A stretch of 63,819 nt of DNA, the filler included, from Rozella allomycis CSF55 (taxonomy: Eukaryota), in the NCBI GenBank assembly GCA_000442015.1. It is 7 parts of 7 records of this genome, joined end to end, with 100 filler letters (N's around TTAATTAATTAA, not from the genome) between each part and the next. Parts side by side here need not be neighbours in the genome. Positions count along the whole stretch, not along the records: positions 23,688 to 34,874 come from KE561072.1; positions 34,975 to 52,744 come from KE561073.1; 5 more parts are not named here. The stretch is one strand, 5' to 3'. Under the pieces are notes generated by a model. It did no database searches. It had not been told where the DNA came from and was given only the letters and a program-made list of their open reading frames with translations. Within the stretch, counting starts at the first letter, position 1. Each line of letters starts with the position of its first letter. A program made the position numbers and the translations under genes. Positions 25,724-34,993 of the stretch are shown here, one piece after another.

Positions 25724-26874
25724 TGTATAGATTATTTAAGAAAGATAGTTTATTTATTATATTTAATAAATATTTATATGACTCACTTATAAATTATAAC
25801 ATTACATATATATTTAACATAGGAAGTTTATTAGGTTTTAGTATTTTAATTCAAATAGTTACAGGTATATTATTATCATTATATTATAATTCTATATTAA
25901 TCAATAGTTATGATAGTATATATTATATTATGTTAGAAATAAGAAATGGATCATTAATTAGATTTATTCATATTATAGGAGTTTCATTAATATTTATATT
26001 ATTATATTTACACATTTATAAATCATTATACTATAATTCATATATTTATCCTAAATCTAATACCTATTATATAGGTATATTTATATTTATAATTATTATT
26101 ATTATATCCTTTTTAGGATATTCATTAGTAGGTGGACAACAAAGTTATTGAGGGATTGTAGTTATATGTAATATTTTATCTATTATTCCTTACATTAAAG
26201 AATGATTTACATATTATATATGAGGTAATTATTATATTAGTAATGACACAATTAATAGATTATTTAGTTTTCATTATTTACTAGGACTTATTATACTAAT
26301 TTTTATAATTATTCATTTAATATATTTACATACAAATGGAGGTAATAGTATATTAGGTTTAAATAATAATTCATCAATGATTAATTTTAATATATATTAT
26401 ACAATTAAAGACTTATATTCATTATTTATATATATATTTATTCTTCTATATATATCATTTTATATACCCTACAATTACATAGATAAAGATAATAATAATA
26501 TTTATAATTCAATAATAACACCTATTTCTATAGTACCACATTGATATTTATTATATTTTTATTGTATATTAAGATGTTTTTATAATAAACATATAGGAGT
26601 TATAATTATGTTTAGTTCTATTTTAATATTATTTATATTACCTTTTACAAATATATCTTTTATTAAATCAAATAAATTTAAATTATTTAATATATACTTT
26701 CTAAATTCTATTATTTATATTTATTCAATACTAATTTATATAGGTAGTTGTCATATTAATAAATATTATATTATATTAAGTAAAATCTTAATTTTATATT
26801 ATTTTCTATATTTTACAATATTATTATTCTTATTAAATCTATTAAACAATATCTTATATTATTATTCTAATTAA
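25723..26874 (+). CDS. cob: Apocytochrome b
   Basis: NIGSLLG, RFIH..YLH, FLGYSL..QSYW(TGA)G, RLFSFHY..IHLIYLH. All four heme His present; continuous frame with TGA=Trp. Confidence 0.96.
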
Positions 26875-27349
26875 ACTTATATATTCCTAACTATATTTAT
26901 AAATATCTAAATCTTTTATATTACATTATTATTAATATCTATACTTATATTTAAATCTCTTTATTAATAATTATTATATTCAAATTTAATTTTATCTATA
27001 TGTTATGACACTAATTATACTAATTTAATTAAGTCTCTATAAATATTATTCTTACTTAACATATAAATATCTAAATATATTTTAATTAGACTTATTAAAC
27101 AATATATATCTTCTAAATCTTGTTAATATATACACATATAAACTAATATAATTCTAACTATCTGAATATTTGATAATACATACATATATTAATAAATTAA
27201 ATTATAACTGACTATCTTTATATATATATTTATATATATATATTATTAATACATATTAGACTATAATAATATAGTAGACAGAGTTGATATTTAATAAAAT
27301 TAATTCACCTATATCAACATTAATTTTATTAAAATGTCTACTATATGCA

Positions 27350-28395
27350 CTCAATGAATCTATTATTTTGGTTATATACTTTATTCTTACTTTATCTATA
27401 AAATTTACATTAAGTTAAAATTTATGCATTATACATTATTTATTCATACTAGAATATTTATTCAATCTAAATATTAATATATATCTATATTAATTAATTA
27501 ATTAAATTCTATATTTAATTATATATTAAAAACTTATTAGACTCATATTAAATATATCAAATTAAAAGTTATCTTTATTAGATTATGTAGAATAGAAATT
27601 TATACAATATTATATATATAATGATATATTAATGTATATTATCTTAAGATATAAATTATTATACTTTTTTATAAACTAATTAATTAATGTTCCAGAATAT
27701 TCGGTTAAACATAAAAGTTTTAGTATAAATTATTATTAAAGGACTTACTTAGTTAATATAAATTATTAAATGTTAATAATTAAGTATATATAAAATATTA
27801 TTATTAGTTAAATAATAAATAAATATAAAATATTATTATAAATAAAGAAATATACAGAATATTATTAGTATTAAATTTAATTAAGCATTATTTTATAAAT
27901 TGGATTAGAGACCCAAGTAATAATAGCAGTTAATTATAATAAATTTATTTATAAATATGAAAATAGAAATATTATTCCTAGAGAATAAAATAGCAATATT
28001 TAAAATTAATAATGTTAGATAGTATATAATTAAGAATTTATGACTTATCATTTTTAATATGAAGATACACATATAAATTATACATATAATAAGATATATT
28101 GCATGATTATTTTTAGATTATTATTTATTATTATATATTCATTAGAATATATATATTATATATTATTAAAATAAATAATATGATTTATTAAATATGGAAA
28201 CAGATAAGACTAATTATTTCTACATATATATATATGTATTATTAATAGAAATAAAAAGTAAATTATTATAATAAATTATAGAAATTAGAATAATTGAATA
28301 TTAAATTTATATATACTTACAGCCCATCAATAGAGTATATTTATATATCTATAAGTTGTAACAAGGTATTAGTTCAAGAATGAGTTAATAAATAA
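27350..28395 (+). rRNA. rns: Mitochondrial small-subunit rRNA (ends approximate)
   Basis: Degenerate universal motifs in order: TGTTCCAGAATATTCGGTTAAAC (530 loop), GGATTAGAGACCC, TTGCATGATT, TACTTACAGCCCATCA, AAGTTGTAACAAGGTA. Confidence 0.85.
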
Positions 28396-28399
28396 ATAA

Positions 28400-30250
28400 A
28401 TTAATGAATTGAATATTATATTAATAAATAAATTATAGACATTATATATTATAGAAAAAAGAAATATTTAAATTAGAAGTATCTTTATAATTAATTAGAT
28501 TAATTATAATTAAATAAAAAATATATTTTAGTAAATAAATAAATAATTATATTAAGTATTAAATAAAGAATTAATATATTAGAATAAAAATTAAATTATA
28601 AATTATATTATATTTATATGTCACTAATAAAGAAAAAGTACTGAAAAGGAAAATTAATTATATTTATATATAAATTAAGATATTTATTATTATATTGTAT
28701 TATTTAAGTATTGTTATTATATATAAAATTATATTACTATTGTATAAGTATTTAAGTAGAGAAATATATATATAGAATTAACCATTATTAATATTTATAT
28801 TTAAACTAGAACATATAAGAAATTAAATAAAATTTATTTTTAAATTTAGAATATAAGAAATTAATGTTGCATTATTATTTTATAATTTTATTTAAGTATA
28901 GAAATTATTATCGATTATATAACTATTTAGTTAAATGAGAAATATATATTAGTATAGTCATTATTTTAGAATTATATTATATAATTATTAATTAGTATTA
29001 AAATAGAAATAATGAAATAGATTTAATTATAGTGTGTATATAAATCTAAATATATAAATATAAAAATTAAATTAAATATAAATAAATATATATAAGTATT
29101 ATAACTATTATTATTAATTAATTAAAATTAATATTCTTTCTACATATCAAACCTTATTTATTAAAATAGAATTTATTAATTCTTATCAAATATATAATTA
29201 ACCTTATTATTATATATATATATAAATTTTTATTGTTATCATTTATAATTATTTAAATTAAAATAATTATATATATCTTATATTGAGTAATCAAACCTAA
29301 TTAAATCCTAATTAAAATATATCTATCTACATCTATATTAACTTCAAGTTAAATTATATTTATTAATGGAAAAATAAATATTATAAATAATTATATTTAA
29401 GGAACTAGACAATAAATATATTAATATATTTGTATATTAATAAATAAAACTATATATATCAACTGTTTATCAAATACATAAGATATAGCTCTATTAATTG
29501 TATTATATATGATTTCTTCTCAATAATATTATTATTAATATTAAATAGAAAGTTTAACTATAAGACTTATTAAAGTATAAATATAAATTAATTGTTTATA
29601 AATAGAATGAAAAAATGAATATACTAATGTCTCAAATATAAATTATATGAAATAAATAAATTTGTGAATATTCAAATATTATAAAAAAGAAGTAGAGTCC
29701 CTATGAAGTTTTACTATTAATATATATATCATTTAATAAATTAATATTATAAGTTAGTTTAAGTTGGAAACTATTATATAATAAGAAAATATATAATATA
29801 AATAGATTATTAAATAAATTAATAAATAAATAATAATTATACTAATAGAGAAATATTTATAATTAGTTATATATATGTATTATATAAAGATCTACATTAT
29901 TATTAATATGTACATAAAAAATATAAATTACTCTAGGGATAACATAATAATATTTGTATTAAATAAATAAATATAAATGTTTATTAATCCGTTGTTGGCT
30001 TACATTAATAATTATATATAGAAATATAATTATATAGATTGTTCATCTTATAAATCATGTTCATTAGCTGAGTTAATTCCATTGTAAAATAGGAAGGATA
30101 CTATCTTTTTATTAATTTAAATTATATATTTTTAATATAGTATGAAAAGAATTATTATTATATACCTCTATTTATTAAATTAAATAATTATTATATGTAT
30201 AAATAAATAAATAAATAATGAATATATATAAATTATATATTTTTATATAA
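28400..30250 (+). rRNA. rnl: Mitochondrial large-subunit rRNA (ends approximate)
   Basis: AAGTACTGAAAAGGAAA, AAGGAACTAGACAA, ACTGTTTATCAAATACATA, TTACTCTAGGGATAACA and TAGCTGAGTT (peptidyl-transferase region); sarcin-ricin loop TAGTATGAAAAGAA. Confidence 0.85.
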
Positions 30251-30331
30251 TTTAATTTCTATTATTAGTAAGAATAACTAATTATCTCCTTTATTATTTT
30301 ATTAATCTCTAATTATAATATTTATAACATT

Positions 30332-30416
30332 AAGATAGTTACATAGGGTAATGTATATTGTTTGTAAAACAATTATTAATTTAATCTTAATAGCAGTTCA
30401 ACTCTGCACTATCTCA
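30332..30416 (+). tRNA. trnY: mt tRNA-Tyr (GTA), long variable arm
   Basis: Acceptor AAGATAG/CTATCTC (A1:C72 mismatch), D arm ACAT/ATGT, anticodon arm ATTGT-TTGTAAA-ACAAT, T arm GCAG-TTCAACT-CTGC. Confidence 0.85.
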
Positions 30417-31100
30417 TTAATATTTATACTTAAATCTCTAACATTCTATATATATGAAATTCTGATAATCAATACATAAATTTATCTACACATATATGAA
30501 TATTTATATCTTATATCTAACTATATATCTAATTTTATATCTTAACATACTAAATAAATTTATTTAAATCTAACTTTAAACTTTTATAACTATATCTAAC
30601 TACCTAAAATAAATAAATCTATAACAATATCATATTTAAATCTAACTTTATACTTTTATTATTAATAAATCTCTAACAATAACTTATTTAAATTTAACTA
30701 TTAAATTATATAACATTCTATATAAGTGAGATTCTGATAAGCTATACATAAATTAATAATTCTATATATATATTAATATTAATATTTCTATTAGACTAAA
30801 TTAAATTATAATTATTACTAAATAATTATTACTATATAAATATATTACATTCCAATTAGACTAGGTTGATATTAATAAAATTAATTCACCATATCAACAT
30901 TAATTTTATTAAATTGTATCTTTAAGCAATCATCTTATCTATTATTATATTTATTTTTATAAAATTTTATTAAAATTTGATTCCCTATAGTATTTTTATG
31001 ATCTACCTATATAGCATTTTCTATATAAAAATATATTTTAATGTACTATCCCCTTTTAAAAAATTAATTTTTTTATAATTTTTTATAATTTTAATAATTG

Positions 31101-32010
31101 TTATATATTAATCATACCTGGATTTGGTATTATAAGTGAAATTATATCATATTTAACATCTTCAAGAATATTTGGTAATTTAGGAATGGTTTATTCTATT
31201 ATATCTATCTCTATATTAGGATTTATCGTTATGTATCATCATATGTTCTCTATAGGTTTAGATATTGATTCAAAAGTATTTTATAATAGCTCTACAATTA
31301 TAATTGGTTTACCTACAGGAATAAAAATATATTCATGGATTACATCATTATATTATAAAGAAACTTATTCTCAAGAGAATTGTATAGAATATTTAATTTA
31401 TATATATTATTTTATATCATTATTTATTATGGGAGGTGTTACAGGAATAATATTATCAAGTTCAATAATAGATTTATCATTACATGATACATACTTTGTA
31501 GTAGGTCATTTTCATATGGTATTAAGTATAGGAGTAGTTATGTGTGTTTTATTAGGTATATATTATTATTTAGAATATATATTAGGTATATGAATTATAT
31601 ATGAAGAAATAATTATTAATAAAGAAGTTATAGAATATATAAATTTATACATATGATATATTCATTCAATATTATTATTTATAGGAGTCAATATTACATT
31701 TATTATTATGCATATTATTGGATTAAATGGTTTACCTAGAAGATATAGTGACACTAATATTAATTTTAATTATTATAATACATACATTACATTAGGATCT
31801 ATTATATCATAAATATCTTTAATATTATATTTTATAATATTAATTAATAAATTATCAAAATGTCTAAATAAAAATAATTATTATTTTATAGATAGATTAT
31901 ACATAAATAGATATATCTTTTATTATATCAATATAAATAGATTTAATTCATTACATTATTTACATAATTCTTTTAATTATCATCATACATTAGAAATACC
32001 TATTATTTAA
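31101..32010 (+). CDS. cox1: Cytochrome c oxidase subunit 1, 3' exon (contains in-frame TAA at 31810-31812)
   Basis: (V)YILIIPGFGIIS, HHMF, PTGIK, GGVTG, HDTYFVVGHFH, GLPRRYSD. Homology starts abruptly at G|T-TAT and continues past the internal TAA to HHTLEIPII*. Confidence 0.92.
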
Positions 32011-32031
32011 TTAACTTATCTTTATATATAT

Positions 32032-32253
32032 ATGGAAAACATAGGTAAATATATTGGATCAGGTTTATGTAGTATAGGATTAGGAGGATCAGCTATAGGA
32101 GGAGGAATAGTATTAGGATGTGTAGTTTATTCAATAGGTAGACAACCATCATTAGAAAATAAATTATTTAGTACAGGGATGATATATTTTGCATTAATAG
32201 AGAGTATGGGATTATTTTCATTAATTATATCTATTATTATATTATATGGTTAA
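32032..32253 (+). CDS. atp9: ATP synthase subunit c (9)
   Basis: KYIGSGL..IGLGGSAIGGG..RQPSL..FALIES with the conserved proton-binding Glu. Confidence 0.95.
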   Translation: MENIGKYIGSGLCSIGLGGSAIGGGIVLGCVVYSIGRQPSLENKLFSTGMIYFALIESMGLFSLIISIIILYG

Positions 32254-32323
32254 TCAGATAATATAAATTTTATTATATTAAGTTGCAAACTTAAAAATAT
32301 TAGTTAAAGTCTAATTCTGTTCT
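32252..32323 (+). tRNA. trnC: mt tRNA-Cys (GCA)
   Basis: Anticodon arm TTAAG-TTGCAAA-CTTAA, T arm ATTAG-TTAAAGT-CTAAT, acceptor AATCAGA/TCTGTTC, U73 discriminator. Overlaps the atp9 stop by 2 nt. Confidence 0.8.
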
Positions 32324-32326
32324 AAT

Positions 32327-32399
32327 ATATATATAGTTATAATAACAAAAACATTTTATTCCAAATAAAAAATTATTGGTTAGAATCCAATTATAGAGA
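32327..32399 (+). tRNA. trnW: mt tRNA-Trp (CCA)
   Basis: Anticodon arm TTTTA-TTCCAAA-TAAAA, T arm ATTGG-TTAGAAT-CCAAT, acceptor ATATATA/TATAGAG. Confidence 0.8.
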
Positions 32400-32415
32400 T
32401 ATATTAATTATTTTA

Positions 32416-33141
32416 ATGATTTTATATAATGCAATTAATGAATTTCAAATAGATTATATTATTACATTATTAATAGATGACAAGGAATTATATTATTCAA
32501 TATTTAATATTTATATATTATTTATTATATTATTTATTTTATTATTATTTATTATATATAGAAACAAATATGATTATTATTATTATATTAATTATTATTA
32601 TTATTATAAAGATTTTATTATTATAAATTTAATTAGTTATCAATATATATATAATTATTTAATTAAAGATAACTTATATTATATACTTATTAATTATTAT
32701 TATTATATTATAGGAAATATATTAGGTATTATAAATGATTCATTATTAATTACAAATCAACTTAAAATTAATATTTTTATTAGTATTATTTATATTTTAT
32801 ATATTACAATTAATTCATTTATTAAATATGACATATTCTTTATATTTTTATTAAAAAATAATATTTTTATATCTTTATATTTATATCTTATAGAAATTAT
32901 ATCTCATATATCTAGAATTATATCATTAAGTTTTAGAATATCTTATAACATATTATGTGGACATTTATTAATTAAAATTATTATATCAATAATTTTATTA
33001 TTTATATATTTAAATATATCAATTTATATATTTATTTATATTTTTATTATATTAATTTATTCATTAGAATTATATATCAATTATTTACAATGTTATATTT
33101 ATATTACACTCTTACATATATATACAAATGAATTATTATAG
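32416..33141 (+). CDS. atp6: ATP synthase subunit a (6), highly divergent
   Basis: IEIISHISRIISLSFRISYNILCGHLL (essential Arg) and LELYINYLQCYIY. Confidence 0.9.
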   Translation: MILYNAINEFQIDYIITLLIDDKELYYSIFNIYILFIILFILLLFIIYRNKYDYYYYINYYYYYKDFIIINLISYQYIYNYLIKDNLYYILINYYYYIIGNILGIINDSLLITNQLKINIFISIIYILYITINSFIKYDIFFIFLLKNNIFISLYLYLIEIISHISRIISLSFRISYNILCGHLLIKIIISIILLFIYLNISIYIFIYIFIILIYSLELYINYLQCYIYITLLHIYTNELL

Positions 33142-33172
33142 ATTTATATTTATTTTACAGAGAAATAAATTT

Positions 33173-33865
33173 ATGTATATGGATTGACCTATATTTATAA
33201 ATTATAGTTTTAACGAAGAAGGTGTATTTAATTATATAGATAGAATTGAATTGTATGATGTTTATCTCTATTATGGAATATTAATCATTATATCCATATA
33301 TTTTATATTATATATTATACTTATATTTAAAAATAACTTTATTAAATTATCTCAATATGAAAAAATAGAAATTATTTATATATTTATTCCAACTTTACTA
33401 ATTATTATTATATTTTTACCTTCTATTAATTTATTATATTCAAATGATAAACTTATGTATATTAATACTTATATTATGATTATAGGCTATCAATGATATT
33501 GAAATTATAATATATTAGAATATGGTTATATAGAAATATATATTACAACTTATAACAATAATGATTTATATAATATATTAGAAAATTATATAGAACTAGA
33601 TAATATTATTATTTTACCTATTATTTATAAATGTTGTTATTTATTTACAAGTGGAGATGTTATTCATTCATATGGAATATTAAGTTTAGGTATTAAAATG
33701 GATTGTATACCAGGTATTATAAATATTAATTATATTATTGTATTAAAAAAAGGTATATATGTTGGTTATTGTAGTGAATTATGTGGATCTTATCATAACA
33801 ATATGAATATTTTATTAAATTATACTTATTACTCTTGATACATTAAATATTTAAATTATTATTAA
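33173..33865 (+). CDS. cox2: Cytochrome c oxidase subunit 2
   Basis: GYQWYW (both TGA), DVIHS, GIKMDCIPG, CuA motif CSELCGSYHNNM; open frame with TGA=Trp. Confidence 0.95.
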
Positions 33866-34662
33866 AAATAAATAATGATAGGACTTAATATATTTATTAT
33901 TAATTGATCTCTTATTATATTATATTACTTATTAATACATATTTACTTATATTTCTATCTCTATTATATTAATATTCAATTAACTTTATAATTTTATTTA
34001 TTACTTATAAAATTATATTATATCTAACTCTATTTATTAATTTATATCAACTTATATTTCTATTTATTAATATATCAATATACAATTTAATTTATAATCT
34101 TATTAATTTATTATTTTATATATAACTTATAAAATAATACTATACAACACTAACTATTTATTATTATCTAACCTAATTAATTTATATCTAACCTAAAAAA
34201 GATATATAGTCCATCATAACCTCTCAATTTATATAATTATATCTTACTTTTAAATTTATAATTTTATATATTATCTTATAAAATTATATTATACATCCTT
34301 AATAACTTATTTATATCTAACATTAATTATTAATTTATATATATACATCTTAAAAACAATATTAACAATGATTAACTTAAATTTATCCTAAGAAAGATAT
34401 ATATGAATTTATTATTTTATATAATTATATCTACCTCTAAAAATGATACTACCGATCATCCCCTATTGAAATTAATTATTATCCTGATTTATATTTATAT
34501 ACTAATAAAAATAACACTACCGATCATCCTCTATAGATCTATTAAAAATATCGTTACCCATCATCCCTTATTGATTATATAAATACTCGTTATAGAGTAT
34601 TTATTTATTATTAAAAATATATATACTGTTATCATTCACTATCATTTAATATATTTATATAT

Positions 34663-34874
34663 ATGACTAGAATATATAGACAATTATGTAGTACTAATGC
34701 AATAGACATTGGAATTATGTATAGTTATTTAGGAATTATTAGTGGTATTATTGGTACATCTTATTCATTTATTATTAGATTAGAATTGATTAATTCAGGT
34801 ATTAAATTAAATTATATTAATATATATGGATCTATTTATAATAATATTATTACAAATCATGGTCTTATTATGTT
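34663..34874 (+). CDS. cox1: Cytochrome c oxidase subunit 1, 5' exon (runs into gap)
   Basis: STNAIDIG.MY, GIIGTSYSFIIRLEL, YNNIITNHGLIM (heme a His). Confidence 0.93.
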
Positions 34875-34993
34875 NNNNNNNNNNNNNNNNNNNNNNNNNN
34901 NNNNNNNNNNNNNNNNNNTTAATTAATTAANNNNNNNNNNNNNNNNNNNNNNNNNNNNNNNNNNNNNNNNNNNNGTCACCCAGCCCCGCGGCA

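Larger units (their letters stand above)
23688..34874 (+). other. Mitochondrial genome contig (near complete, highly reduced, extremely AT-rich)
   Basis: Contains cox1/2/3, cob, atp6, atp9, rns, rnl and 4 tRNAs, all on the + strand; TGA read as Trp; bounded by linkers. Confidence 0.95.

Noticed and set aside
30455-30470. CTGATAA/GAAA as a hammerhead ribozyme core
   Set aside because: Order and flanking stems do not fit CUGAnGA..GAAA..UH.
33866-34440. Hidden nad, atp8, rps3 or rnpB genes in mitochondrial spacers
   Set aside because: I found no sustained frame or conserved motif by eye; a profile search would be needed to exclude very divergent remnants.
23688-34874. The whole AT-rich block as a nuclear insertion or a bacterial contaminant
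   Set aside because: It is bounded by linkers, has intact TGA=Trp frames and a purely mitochondrial gene set, and a diverged 57-bp copy occurs in a nuclear contig.
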